From: Botryllus schlosseri
Lineage: Eukaryota
Assembly (NCBI GenBank): GCA_051294905.1
Contig: CM119380.1
Coordinates: 25,916,001-25,980,000 of the forward strand
Length of the DNA: 64,000 nucleotides
Reading direction: 5' to 3'
Positions 1 through 13,465 of this stretch are shown piece after piece (position 1 is the first letter of the stretch; each line of letters starts with the position of its first letter). The translations under genes were made by a program, and so were the position numbers. Under the pieces are notes generated by a model. That model did not search any database, was not told where the DNA came from, and saw only the letters and a list, made by a program, of their open reading frames with translations.

Positions 1-811
1 TAGGCCTATGTCGTGTGTTTAAAGTCGATAGCCATATATATGATTAAGCATAAGAGGGCCTATACTCGTTGGTAACATTATTATTTTACTCATAAAAGAT
101 AACTTCAATCATAATGGGGATCCATATTGTTATCAATATATTTTCATGGAAACAATTAGTGGGGAACTGCGCATTAGCATGAAAGGTAGATTTAGCTTAT
201 ACCCCCACAAAGATATTTGTCGCTCCCTAATTGACCTTTGAAATAGGTAAACTATCTGCTGGCAAATAGACTTTAACAAGCTGGGAGAGTATGTAATCGG
301 ATGGTTGCGCGGGAAGCAATTCTGAATAATTTAATAGTTACGACTCGATGAATTTAACTCGGCAAAGTAGCGGTCGCACCGATCCTGAGTTAGCTCTAGA
401 TCTGACTATCAACTATATGCATGCATATATACGAGAACAGTTGCCTCATATAGATATAAACATCGGATATGTTAAGCTGATAGCTGAGTAGGTTGCGCGT
501 CCCATGAAAGCGGTAAATATCGATACTTAGATTCATATAATGCGCGATAGCCTACGGAAAACTACCTGGCCAATGGTCATGTAACATACGGCGTTATGCA
601 GATGGTATACAATGTGCGTATCGAGGTATATAATATACTAGGAATCACTAGGACATCTTCAAATCATGATGTGGCACGAGAAGTTAAATGAACCTTAGTA
701 CATATGATTCTCAAATACTTACGTACTATCATCTCGTCTCTAGAAGTTGGATCTAAAAAAGTTCAGCCATGCAGTTTAGTGTGCGATTGCTTACGACTAA
801 AATCATTCTAC

Positions 812-952
812 TTTTAAAGCACTTGAATCCGGTTTGCTTCTTACACCACGAGCACCCGTGCTCGAAGCACTCGTGATCCTTGAATATTCGCCGGCCCATT
901 GCGTTTTTGCATTCGTTTTCCTTCGTCATATTTATCCATGAACATCCAGTGC
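812..952 (-). CDS. Gene C exon, b-type six-Cys (trefoil-like) module
   Basis: ctcag|GC...AAA A|gtag; 141 bp, phase 1-1. Translates GTGCSWINMTKENECKNAMGRRIFKDHECFEHGCSWCKKQTGFKCFK. Donor position is shared with the paralogous exons at 36021 and 30573. Confidence 0.85.
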
Positions 953-1012
953 CTGAGACCATTTTATCGTTTGTGGAGAATCGCAATATCGTTACCTTCG
1001 CTAGCGACATAC

Positions 1013-1171
1013 CTTGTACGCAAGATGGAGTATCTCCGGCGCAATAGTAGCAACCTTTGTCGTTACATTCTTGCTCTGTCGTTGTGGTAGAGGGGCATTC
1101 GTCTATTTCGTCCGGAAATCGGTCACACTGCAGAGACGGCTCTCTCGGCGTGATAACAACTGGTACTACCT
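1013..1171 (-). CDS. Gene C exon, a-type six-Cys (trefoil-like) module
   Basis: ttcag|AG...CAA G|gtatg; 159 bp, phase 1-1. VVPVVITPREPSLQCDRFPDEIDECPSTTTTEQECNDKGCYYCAGDTPSCVQG. A 60-bp intron separates it from the next exon. Confidence 0.88.
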
Positions 1172-1550
1172 CTGAAGGATTTCATTTTTAAAAATTGCAA
1201 TTCATGAATTTCAATGGACGCGCACCCGGCCACCAAGGTACCGTTCAAACGCCAAGTGGAAGATCCTACCCGAATGCGTCAGTAAGAATAACGTGAGAGT
1301 TGTGTTTGGTCACTTACATTTATAGAAACGCCAGAAAACACTGACAAGTGAAAGAGCTTCTTGAAGGTACATAATTTCAGTATACAATTGAATAGTATAG
1401 TATATTCATATTGAAATGAACCCGAATATTTTCGGCTGACACTCGTTAGGGTTAGTCGTCAGCAATCGTCAGTCAGTCTTATTTGAGATCTCATTTCATG
1501 CTGGTGACGTATTTCGAGATACGATTGTTGAGATACAATCGACTTTGGCG

Positions 1551-1694
1551 ATCTCCGTCGCAATAGTAAGCAACCTTTGTCGTTACATTCTTGTTCTGTT
1601 GTGGACGCGGAGGGGCATTCGTCTATTTCGTCCGGAAATCGGTCACACTGCAGAGACGACTCTGTGGGCGTGAGAACAACTGGTGGTCGAGGTT
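1551..1694 (-). pseudogene. Degenerate tandem duplicate of the gene C a-type exon
   Basis: Near-identical to 1030-1171 with an intact ttcag acceptor. It has a 1-bp insertion in the GCYYC codons (caatagtaag vs caatagtag, about 1568) and has lost the sixth Cys and the donor. Confidence 0.75.
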
Positions 1695-2823
1695 CTGAAG
1701 GGTTTCATTTTCAAAAATTGCAATTCATGAACTTCCATGGATGTGAACCCGGCAACCAAGGTACCGTTCGAAAGCAAAGTGGAAGATCTAACCCTGTCAT
1801 TACCAACGTGGGCGATTTTGAGAAAATAGAGGGCGACAACAAATGCTCGTGAAGACGGTTTATTTTGCATATCACGCGAAAATTGAATAAATAAAAGGTC
1901 GACCCGCAACGGATGGTAGTCGAGGTAACCAGTTTTCCAAGCACTGTCTGGGAAAAATGACCTTCTTTTTAGTCAATTCACCAGAGATCAGAGTTAGGTG
2001 AATAAATTTCCCGTTTATATGTCCTTTTTCGGATCCGTAAATATGGACGAAAATTTGTGTCGAGCTTGATAACGGGGCAATGAGTCGCAAAAGGTTGGGA
2101 ACCACTGATCTAACCGATTGTATCACTAAGAAATAACGTGAGAGTCGTGTTTCGTCGCTTTTACTCATAGAAACTCGAGATAACACTGACGTGAAGAAGA
2201 AGAAGAACTTATATAGCGCTCTTCATAAGCCCCATTAGATATATCTGCTGACAAATGACAGTAAGATCTTAGAAACTCACTACGACGGCATAAAAAAGCT
2301 AAAATGTATATCACAAATAGAACTCATCTATCAGTTACAACACATTATCAACATAATGTGTGACGAACTCAGTTCCTGGGCATTTTTATTTATTATGTGC
2401 TCTTCGGCGCAGGAGCGCAAATCAGTACAGAGCGAATGCCTGAACATATATATTAAATCTTTATTAAGTCCACATCTTCTTCTCACCATCCCCCAACATT
2501 ATACTGTTTCAGTTTTCAGTGTTTATCTTTTCCTGATTTATTGTGGCAAATTCAGTACCAAGGAGTGACGCGAATCACATTCATCAGGGAAGATTTAAGT
2601 GCGATTATACATAAAATATGTCAATTAAGATAGGAAAACCAGTATAACTAACTGAACATATTTTATCAACTGGAAATGATGGGACAGAACATCCTCGTGC
2701 CAACCTTCAAACATTGCAAAGGTGGGCGCCTACAACATTCCTGCATGCAATGCTATACAGACATAAACATTGCTGCGATGTTTGCGACGGCAATATCTAC
2801 AGTAAAATCCATGCTCTACTCAC

Positions 2824-2881
2824 GGCATTTGCCAATATCCATGACAATTATTGATCCCACGAGGCCGACGAGCAATAACAT
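2824..2881 (-). CDS. Gene C first coding exon (signal peptide)
   Basis: ATG...TGC C|gtgagt. MLLLVGLVGSIIVMDIGKC + 1 nt. The hydrophobic core and phase-1 donor fit the phase-1 module exons downstream. Confidence 0.7.
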
Positions 2882-5728
2882 CGTTTGAATTCGTGCGAAC
2901 TATATCTCCTGAAGCCGATTACTACTTATGAAACACTACAAGTATGACTATGAAAGAAAATGCGATAAATTTCCCCGACCAATTGTACCGATTGCAATCC
3001 ATCTTGTGATGAATGAAAGGGTGACGGAGATACGCCCCGAATCATGGAATCTCTAAATCGAACAGTTAGGAATATTTGGTTTCATGACTTAATGCTCCTG
3101 CGACACCAACACTATAGCTCCAAGTCCGTCATCCCTAGGGTTTCAGCATTTAAACTAAAAATAAATTAAAACATATATATGTTCAAAACATGGTCGCTGT
3201 TTAGAAAATAGATGTTTTTTTAGTCATGACGTCACAAATATTCTATTGTGACGCCACAGTAGATTGAGATTGTTATATGGCTCCTTAAGAATTACTCTTG
3301 AAAATATAGGGTCGATATGGATCCTTAAACGAAAAAGGGTTCCGAATCCGACCCTTCTCTTAAATCAGGGCCGCTTAAAATATGGGTCATGACGGCATCA
3401 GACAAATTGGTTGATAAAATGTATGCAATATTTGTTGAATTCCTTCCAACAAAATGATTTCTTCGCGCGTTATTCTACGGTGAGTTTGAACATGTGCTTG
3501 GTCACCGTGTTGGGTACTCTCTGGGTACTCAATAAGCGAGACGTGGTTACGACAATACGGCTTCAACATGAAAATGTGCCGATCTTTGTACTACAGAAAT
3601 AGGTGTGATGCTACGCTAATCTTTATATGACATTGGCTTCTCTGGAAAGCCCTATCACTTGCTTGGTATAACACAGGAGTGGCCAGCCTTTTCGGTTAAA
3701 GGGCCATATGCAATTGATGAGCCATTGCGCGGGCCACTTGCCCCGCCAAGCGCGAAAATTTTCCAGAGTTTATAGGTCAATAATATTGTTACTTGAGTAT
3801 ATTGCGGGTTTGCTGTATATCGCTGGGCTCGGTTTGCAAGGATTGTACTATTCGACGCCTGGACATATCGATATCGAAAACTTCGGCCAACATGGGCCAA
3901 TCATTTTGTGCCTTGGTTTCATCGTCGACGGTCTTTGTGCGAGCGCAAACGCAAAGTCGCATGTTGGACGACACTTTCTCTTGTAATTGTGAATATAGTT
4001 AGACTCAATCTGGTGTGGCGCTCTTTCATTTTTGGGAGGGGTAACAGTATTAAAAGCAAGAAATCGAGTGACAACATATTGCGGGAAGCGTGAAGAAAAT
4101 TTTTACTTTAGATAAATCTACCGCAGAATATTCTCCTTTATTGTAATGTACGAAGATCTACCAAAAATGTGACTTGCCCATGGATCTTCCGATGCTTCGG
4201 AACTGATATGTTAGTCGTCACATCCCAAGTGTTGCGGCCAGACTAATCAAATATTTGGTTGGCCTTGCAAGTTCATAATCTGGGCAATCCATTTTTGATA
4301 ATACTACTAATTTCGACAATTACCTCTCAGGTCACGGGTTGGCCACCCCTGATATAACAGGTATTTCGGAGCCGACCCTTTCTGCGTCAGGACACTTGCG
4401 GACATGACGTTTTGACCAACATGCGGCTAAGTGCGGTGCCAGAAAATTCGGCGGCGATAAAGCGGTCGCTGGTAGGCCCGAACCTTCGATTTTGACATGT
4501 CCGATCGTTGAATGTTCGATGCCTTATAGTGCCGTTCTTGTAATATTAGCCCCGCCCTACAAATGCGGACCACAAGAAAAATAATGCACCGAAATTTGGA
4601 ATCGCGTGCGTCAAACCATTGCCATGGTCAAACATGTTTTATGGAACTGCGTTGCGTGCAACTAGTTGTATGCACCTTCTCTATTTTATACATACCCGTG
4701 AAAGCGTAGCATTCTGACATTGAAATTACATTATTTCGATGAATGGGGCTTGGGTCGCGAAATGCCTATAGAACTCAGATTTGGGTCTCATTTGAGAACC
4801 ACTGTTTTAAATAGACCAAAAATATCTTCGACTAAGACTGCATCGTCATTCAGCATTCTTTCGGTCGGCGTTCATCATCATCAGAACATCCTAAAGTTCT
4901 AATAATACAGAACTGCGCGCAATAAATGTTGAACTGACGTGGACTTCGACGGTTTCAATCATTCCATATAGTATATGTCGAGTAGTCTACTATATTTAGT
5001 GCAAGTCGTCTGAAATCTCATAGTCGGTGTTTATTCGAAGGCATCTAGACAATTAATAAATAATTATAAAACTTTTGAAAAGGCATTTGGCAACACCTCC
5101 TTGTTTTACATGCAAGCTTAGTCACACCCGTTCTGGGTATCCGGCCGATAAATCGGGAATATGAGCGCTTCCGCACTCGTTACAGCGAATACATGCGTAA
5201 AAGCTGTTGATTTGTGTTTAATACATTGGCGGGCTCGCTGTTGGCTTTGTCTTGCGTAGTATTGACTTGACCGTTTCGTAAATATCTTTTGAATAGGTTT
5301 TCAACTTCCCTGGGGACTACATCTTCACCAAAACTTGCATGCGATAGCTAACGAGAGTAATATGGAAACCTAACTCAATACTTCGTTAGCTGAAACTTTT
5401 GAAAAGGCTCATATCTTCGCTCAGACCTAGATGAGATACCTAACGCGACTCATTATGACCGTAACTGGTGACTCCGTTAGCTACAACTCGCCCTAATAAG
5501 CCTTAGATAAGGGGCAGCCCGGAGGAGATTTCATACCAATATCGTCACACCGGTTGTTATATGACCCACATCTGAGGTAATCGCTCATAGTGAACCAGCG
5601 ATAAGTGACAAGTGTATAATATTAGTTAGATCGGACAAGATACCCCTGAGACTCACAAATGCGGGACTCGATGAAAACTTCTTAAGTCAGAAGATTACTT
5701 TCACTCGAGCGTGCTGATGTCTATCGCA

Positions 5729-5907
5729 CTAATAAGTGATAGAATGGTCACTGACTGGCAGTAATTGGAATTGCACTCTTACTGCTTGTAAATTACGCCA
5801 TTTACGCCATTCTCCACCCAACAAAGTTGCTATTGCATCTTTTTCCACTGACAGGTTTATCAGCTCGTAATTGTTGACTTGGGAAAGGAATGAATATTGA
5901 TTGCCCG
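5729..5907 (-). other. Exon-like segment of unknown identity, paralogous to 39523-39644
   Basis: GNQYSFLSQVNNYELINLSVEKDAIAT matches GNQYPFLSQVNHYGLLNLSGQQDALAT at 39.6 kb. It lies in a homologous block (about 5460-6500 vs 39200-40100). The two copies differ in frame by 1 nt after ...AT. Confidence 0.4.
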
Positions 5908-6961
5908 CTATCTGTAGGCCGAATAGGTGCACACTGCACACTGCACAGTGCACAAGTGCACATACATCCATTGAAGAAGGGATCTCGCCTTGGGGGCATG
6001 CTGGGTCGTTCATGCATCTCTGTGATCAACGTAGTCGTCTAGTGAGTATAATTATGAGAGTGTCGGATTTCAAAATAGGACGTCTTTTGCAACAGTCTGC
6101 AGTTTGCAACTTACATGAAATACATCGGATTTTTGATGAAGGCAACAATGCCGATTTATATTTTTTGATAGTATTAAAACCATTATTAATAAATTATCAA
6201 CTTTCACATGCATATATTTGGTATTGACCAGTCAGCAGTCCAGTGGTTTTTTTGTCCGTGGTCGAAACCAGAGAATAAGTTATTACGGAAGGCGTACTAT
6301 CCCTAAAATATTTGGCAAGGTTGCCAGCACGCCCTATCATGAAAAGCACAATCGAATCATACTGGCATTATATATGACAGTTTCGGATGTACAACACTTC
6401 GCAAACAACTATCATAAAATAGAAACCGAATTTGTCATTGAGAGGCTTACCAAATCTCACCGATATATGTTTCCAATGGATGCGTGTCCTATCTAAAGTG
6501 ATACTTGAGAAAGGCGTTTTATATATGGTCATGTTATGTACATGATATCCTTTTCCTCGCCCACTATAAAATTAAATGAAATATTGCAGTTTGACTATTT
6601 TAGCTTTTATTATAATCACATAACCTAACAGTACTATTATCGCCTGTACGGTAATTATTTAATCATTTCAAAAGACCAAAAGACTGCAATACAATGAAAG
6701 TGGTATAATGAACTTTCTCAATCAAACAACCGCATATATTTAAAGATGTAACATGCAATAGGCATGCACACTGAACGTATCAGAAGGAAACATGAAAAGG
6801 ACAAGCAATGAAACTGAAGTAACATGTGTCGGTAGACGAAAGATATGTCAGTTGTCAGATCGTGGTCCTGTAATCTCCAGCGCAGTCCAGTATGCATTCT
6901 TCTGCTTCTTGCTTTCGTAAGGTTTATGGGCGAAATGTCACTTTTTCTATTCTCACTCGTC

Positions 6962-7325
6962 ATTTACTCACTCCTTCGGGCGCCCATCTTCTGATATTCT
7001 TTTATCTTAGCTAACGCGGCCTGTGGACTTCGTAAGCCCCGGCAACTACAGCGTGGTTGACGAAGAGAGAGAGACAGAGAGAGTGAGAGAAAGATATATT
7101 TTTTTCGCCTGCACCATCGAGATGCTTTGACGACGAAGATGCGATACGATCGTAAGGTCACCTAGTCCGCATCCCCGTTTTTTCTCATCCATGCTATCCG
7201 TGGATGCTGAGCGCCTAGCGAGATTGCCGCAGATACCAATTTTCGAGTCTTTAATTGGTCTGACCCGACCGGGGATCGAACCCACGACCTACCGATCGAG
7301 AAGCCGGGCGCATCACCATTAAACT
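6962..7325 (-). mobile_element. tRNA-derived SINE
   Basis: The minus strand has an A-box-like TAGTTTAATGGT and a B-box GGTTCGATCCC at tRNA spacing, followed by about 270 bp of non-tRNA body. Boundaries are approximate. Confidence 0.7.
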
Positions 7326-7627
7326 ATCTCGCTCGGATGAGCCCCTATAATCCTTCGACAGCTAGAACGTATGCTAGTTATCTGTTGGAGCCTATGTAGG
7401 GTCAATGCAGTCACTATTGGCGTCGTTTGCGCGCTGCAGCCTGCTGTACACTGCACGTGCACGTACGCACTGCAAACATTGCGCCACGTATGCTCATGTT
7501 CCAGCTGAAAATTTCAATTAAGCCCCAGCATATCATAGTGAGACGCGCAAACATATTCAGATCAATGCGGCCCTTAATTTCAAAGCTCGTACAATCCCGT
7601 CCAATACAAATCAGCCGTACGTACGCA

Positions 7628-8584
7628 TAGGGATGGTGTGAACCTCTGAAAGGTTAAGGTTCGTGTGAACGTGAACCTTTTTCAAAGGTTCTGTGTGAAC
7701 ACGAACGTGAACCTCATGACGTCACGTGACGTCATATTGCTAATTCCAACCCCATATTTCAACTAAGTGATTGCCTATATTAATCTACTGTACACGATAC
7801 CGAGCGACGACTCGGGCCCAAATAATGGCTCAGTACTTGAGTACACATTGACGTTTTAAACGTCGCCAAATGTATCAACTGAGGCAATCAAATGATATAA
7901 TAATACCATAAAATCAGTATCTTGCGTCGCTTTGCCAACAATTTCGACCTATCGGACAATGTATTCGGCGTCTGAGTATTGCCACATGGATATTGAGCAG
8001 AGTATAAACTGGGTTTCTATACTTGCTACCGATATTACCCCATTAACAAGTTATACAGCAGTATAGCCAACACCCCAGTCGCACGAATTTGGTATTATGA
8101 TACAGTATACATATGTAGTCAAGATTGATCCCGTACGCCTGCTAGATTTTTACATCAAAAGACGATATCAATCTCATTGATTGGTTGAATAAGGATCATT
8201 CGCCGGCAAAATGCAGTGTATTTCGCTCTTGATGTCATGTGATTGCGGGTCCAGCTCACAGCACATAGAGACACTAAATATACACAAACGGAAAGCTAGA
8301 TATATCGAGCAGACTTTTGTAACAATAAGTAAATTTTTTGAGATTGTCAAGGGCATGATCGTTTAGTGTTGAATGTTTATGCTGCCAGCTCCATGCATAG
8401 AGTGGCTTGCAGTTGAAATGCAATAAATTTAAACCGAAGATGTTATAATGAAGTGGAAATTGCAATATATGAAAAAGGTTCACAGTGCAGAACCTACCAA
8501 GGTTCTGTTGTGAACGCGAACCTCAAATTTTCCGAGGTTCACACACAGAACGCGAACGTGAACCTCACGTTCACACCATCCCTA
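7628..8584. mobile_element. Non-autonomous DNA transposon (hAT-like)
   Basis: TIR TAGGGATGGTGTGAAC/GTTCACACCATCCCTA. GTACGCA is duplicated on both flanks. Subterminal GTGAAC repeats. Confidence 0.8.
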
Positions 8585-8703
8585 GTACGCATCATGTAAC
8601 GACGTAGAATGTGACATCAAAAACCGAACTGCTGAAATAATTCGCCCTTGCGACTGCAGCTTTAAATTCCACATTATTGTTAGCAAAATCATGTTCTACT
8701 CAC

Positions 8704-8767
8704 GACATTCTCCAATATTTACGACGAACGTTGATGCGATCAATAAGCCGGCGAGCAACATCATCAT
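8704..8767 (-). CDS. Second signal-peptide-like first exon, paralog of 2824-2881
   Basis: MMMLLAGLLIASTFVVNIGEC + 1 nt, then gtgagtag. Same donor context as the gene C signal exon. Its downstream exon is unresolved. Confidence 0.55.
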
Positions 8768-9187
8768 ACAAATTCGTAATATGGCAACCACTCACTACTA
8801 ATACCCATGCATCCGACGGCGAATACCATTTATACCACACTATGCGTTAAGATCACAAGCTATAAAGTAGCAGCGGCCATCGCATCCGCCATGATAACCG
8901 GAAGAAGGAAAATATGATTCGATTGTCGGAAGGAAACATGTCGAATCACAACAGACCTGAAAATAAATATACACATATTCAGCATCCGGTTTTCAACCGC
9001 AGCAACGCTTTCCAGAGGACACGTGAGAAGCAGCAATGCTGCAGCAAAAGTCGCGCCTGTATGTATTTATGGCAAAGATCCGAATCCACGTATCGCTCAG
9101 CATCGGGTCCAGCTGAGCAGGGCCAGATTAATTCACCCACTAAGTTTAGTACGGCTCTTGTTAGAAAGCCTTAGATAACACTTAGAG

Positions 9188-10404
9188 CGGTGGTTCTCAA
9201 TTTGGGGGGGGCGCCCCTATTAGGGGGCGTGGAGGCATCTGAAGGGGGCGCGAAGCCGCCTGAGAGAAGTTTTTCTTGCACTCGGGAGGAGTTTAATTTG
9301 CGCTGAAACTTCTAAGTTTCCACAAGGGCAATAACCCTAATGATAATCCGATTTTTGATTTAATAATTGCGTCGTTCATGCGCTGGTGCTATATTTTGAC
9401 ATATACCCGACCATGCACCGTTCAGAATATATCTCCGAATCGAGAGTAACTGGCAGTGATGATGAGCGGATTTGAAGCTTCAAATCCTAATCCTAATCCA
9501 GAAATTTCGTATATTCCGATCCTAATTCTAATCCTAATCCAATTCAAACTTAGAGTTCCACTTAGAAACCCCAACATGTTATGCATATAATACTATAAAA
9601 AGTATAATTAAACGCTAATGAGTGCCAAAGTACATGAAGTACAGTACCTTTGCTAGGATATACATTTTGGAGCCGTTCTCTCTCTCTCTAAAGATGCTCT
9701 CGACCCCCCCCCTTCCCCCGAATATCGGTAAATAATCCGATTTTCATCCTAATACATTGCAAAAAAATCTCAAACCCTAATCCAATCCTAATCCGTCAAA
9801 CTTCACAAATCCGGATTTCCCAGATCCTAATCCTAATCCATGCTCATCTCTGGTAACTGGTGACTGGGGGTTGCAATTGGCTGATGGTTTTATGGCCTGC
9901 CTGTCAAGCATCTGTGCAGAGTGTGCAGAAAGACACAGCGTTATGGAGCAATTAGATATTTGCTTATAATATCATGAATCGAATATCATGAATCGAATAA
10001 GCAATAAGGATTTAAATGGAACTAGCTTACAATGTCGAAGTAGTCCCTTCGAGTATACTCAATTGTACTGAAGTCCTGGGGAAAATTGTTTTTCCCGTGA
10101 AGAAGTGTCAAATTTGGATGGCGTGCGGCCCTCGCCATTGGGTTTAAATTTAGCTTATGGTCCGGTACGTTTGAGCTAAGTTCAAGGGGGTAATAAAAGT
10201 TATTAGACACCATTCTGTACATAGTTCAAATTTGTTTTTGGAGAAGTCTATCGACAGTCATAACCTTCCATGCCATCAAACTATGCGTAGGGATTGGAAA
10301 CATCTTGGTTGCACTTTTAAATATTTTTGATACGAAGATAAGGGGGGCGCGAAAGATTTCACTATCATCAAGAGGTCTTGTCTAAAAAAGTTTTAGAACC
10401 ACCG
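9188..10404. mobile_element. hAT/Charlie-like MITE carrying a nested insertion
   Basis: TIR CGGTGGTTCT.AA; degenerate 8-bp TSD acttagag/ccttagat. Same family as 12462, 14651, 26668 and 43067. Confidence 0.7.
9454..9852. mobile_element. Nested hAT-type MITE with TAATCC subrepeats
   Basis: Perfect 8-bp TSD GTAACTGG (9446-9453, 9853-9860); imperfect TIR cagtgatg(atg)agc/gctcatctctg. Confidence 0.75.
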
Positions 10405-11006
10405 CCTTAGATGCAAGATCGCCGATATGGTCACGCCGTCTCTTATAATCCTCATTAGAATCGTTCAAATCTCATAAGCAGGGCAACAGGAATCTAAGAT
10501 TCATCCTGGCTAAATATGTGCGTTAGGCACAGTGACTTATAGCACTCCGTTTGGACATACTGCAACGCAATAACTGATAAAGCCGTGTAGGTTTATGTTG
10601 GTATATAGTTGCAGATGAATGCTAAAGTGAACGAGTCAACATTCAGTTTTTGATCTCGTTCCCATGGGACATTGCGGTGTATAGGCCTACATGATTTCAC
10701 AGTCCGTTTTGACTCGATCTCAGTGATAGCTGCTCATAGTTTTGTGACTATGAATGACGTCGTCCAATTTAAAATTTCGATTCGCAATATAATTCTATAA
10801 TTGATTCCTTTAGTCCAGTGGGCCTAAAACTGTGGTGGCCTACTTACAATTAATTGTACATGAGTTTATTCTGCAATGCGCTTTTCTTAGCAGTAGCCAT
10901 ATCAGTAGATTTACGATGTTAGAATTGCTTCAGCTGTGGAACAATTTAACGTTTGTATTATTGCGTCACAACAGATTCATATAAGAGAAAACTCACGAGT
11001 CACGAC

Positions 11007-12122
11007 TAGGGCGATTTTTTTTCCGAAAAACCGGAAGATTTTGACCTAAAAAATCTAACTTTTGACATTTTTTCACCTTAAAAAACCTAATTTTGACAAA
11101 ATTTTGACCACATGTATATAAATTAGGTGTCTTCGCACATAATGTTAGAATTGTACTACTTATCTTCATTTCTGATTGGAACTATCTGTCATTACGAAAA
11201 AGTTTGACCAGAAAAAAAATTTGACTCGAAAACTGACAGATCTTTACATTAAAAAACTTTCTTTTAGCGAAATCTTGACCTATGAATAATTCTAGCAGTT
11301 ACATCACGCGTTATGGTAGAAATAATTGAAATTTCTTGTGGTACAACGAAAGATACTTTTCTACATTCCCGGGTAGAAAGTGTCTGTCCTTATGAAGTCA
11401 GATGTTGAACGACACGTTCTCTCATAATTGCCAATATAGTCAATTAGGTAAATTGGGCGTATTTTTATACAAAGGAATGGGTACAAAATGCAAGAAATCG
11501 AGTGACAATAAATCGCGCGAAGTGCTAAGAAAAATTTCAAGTCAAATAAATCTACCACGAAAATTCTACTTTATTGCCATAGGGAGATCTACGGAACATG
11601 TTGCTGGCCCCTGGCTACGCCAATGCGTCGGAACCGGTATTTAAAATCATAAACATCCCTAATTTTGCAGTCAGGCTCAGCGAGTTTTTGGTTGGTCTTG
11701 GAAATTCACAGTAAATTACCTGAGTAATTTAATATTTGATATTATAACTTATTTCGGTAATTATCTCGCGGGCCACTCAAAATCCTCTCGCGTGCCACAT
11801 TTGACCCGCGGGCCATGGGTTGGCCGCCCCTGAGTTAGGATATCTTGGTACGTCGAGCATGACATCATGTAAACCTATTTATTTCATTTGACCGTGTTTA
11901 TGATTCACAATGAGCTGACGAAGGGGAGTCTACAACGGTAGGCCTGTAAAGTAGGCTACTAACTATAAAATGTCAAATGACAAGTTCACCGACAGTACAA
12001 ACATCTACAATACAAACGAAATGCAGCTTGCAAATAAATTATGAATTTGTAAACAATTTTGACAATTTCTTGACCTAACACTACAATTTTGACTTTTTTT
12101 GACATGTCAAAAAATCGCCCTG
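11007..12122. mobile_element. Non-autonomous hAT element
   Basis: TIR TAGGGCGATTTTTT/AAAAAATCGCCCTG; TSD gtcacgac/gtcatgac (7/8). Related to 23791-24588. Confidence 0.8.
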
Positions 12123-12284
12123 GTCATGACATTGGCTAACTAACCCACGAAAGGGTAACATATCAATTCATCATTGTAGAAAAGATATATTTTGACCATG
12201 TCAAACGGAAAGTATAAGCCAGAATACATCGAGTATCGAATATGGGGTTCATCGATTTTCACAATGTGTGTTTATGGTACACAG

Positions 12285-13465
12285 CAGGGGTGGGCAAACT
12301 ACGGCCCGCGGGCCGCATGCGGCCTTCCACACTGTTCCGTGCGGCCCGCGAGAGTCTAAGGAAACTTATTAAAATATCGATAATATGCGTACAAAAATCG
12401 AATTATTGCTGGTACTTGATTAAACTTTTTCTTAGTATATTTCACCATGATAAATCTAAGGCAGTGGTTCTCAAACTGGGGTCGCAACCCCTTGGTGCGG
12501 GAAAGCATCTGAAGGGGGACGCGAAGATGAGCTCAACTGAATTTTTTTCGCGCCCCGCGCGATCTCTATACTAATCCTAATTATTGCTCGGTATTTAGTC
12601 GGAATTTCATATTTAAAAATCTCTCATCCACAGTCGTAACCTTCCATGCCATCTAACTATCCGTTATCTTTGATATCATCTTGATTGCATTTTGTGATAT
12701 GACGATAAAGGGAGCGCAAACTCTTCTACCGTCATAGGGAGGGAGGCGTGTCTTAAAAAGTTTGAGAACCACAGTTCTAAAGTAAATACTTCCTATATTA
12801 GTTTTGTTTTGTTTAATTTCTGACACAACAGCCCGATCTCAAGGCCCACGCAGTTTGAAAGGTTTTAACTGCTAAACATCGCAGAAATCCTGAACGAGAT
12901 TGACTCGGATCAGTAGTGTGATTTCAGATTGGCCTCCCCAGTTTTGATTATTTCAGTGATGTGCTTATAAAAAACGATACGGGCGTGTCTTAGGTAGATT
13001 CGTTTTCTGTATGCGAAGAATTACGATATTTATATTTTATCTACACATAGTATAGAAGCGTGTTTGAAGCTAACATGGTTTTGATGATATCAGCATAGTG
13101 TGTCCTGGAACTGATCCAAAAGTGGAATTGGTATATCTATGAAAAGATCGCTGCTCAGAGATATAAATTTCAATCCTGTTCTAAGAATCGAGACAACCAA
13201 CTTTCATCTCTATAGTTTTGACAAATTGGCTACTGAGGTCGACCCGCCTATGAAATCTCGCCACTGTTTCTGACGCGTCTACGACATCACCAGAGCAATG
13301 TTTGGATTGTTTTATGTAAGCATGTATATTATCTCCTTGTCCTCACTATATAATGAAATACCAATATTGCGTTTTAGTTTATAATCCCACTTTTATATAG
13401 TGCGGCCCGCGAATGGATTCAGATGTTGAATGCGGCCCGCGAGCTCAAAAGTTTGCCCACCCCTG
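12285..13465. mobile_element. hAT MITE (CAGGGGTGGGCAAAC ends) containing a nested Charlie-like MITE at 12462-12774
   Basis: 15-bp perfect TIR; TSD gtacacag/gtatacag. The inner element has CAGTGGTTCTCAA-type ends. Confidence 0.8.

Noticed and set aside
6218-6496. Plus-strand 92-aa ORF in the conserved intergenic block
   Set aside because: The paralogous block at 39860-40100 has in-frame stops, so coding is not conserved.
7250-7325. Functional tRNA gene
   Set aside because: A and B boxes are present but no convincing cloverleaf, and it continues into a SINE-like body.
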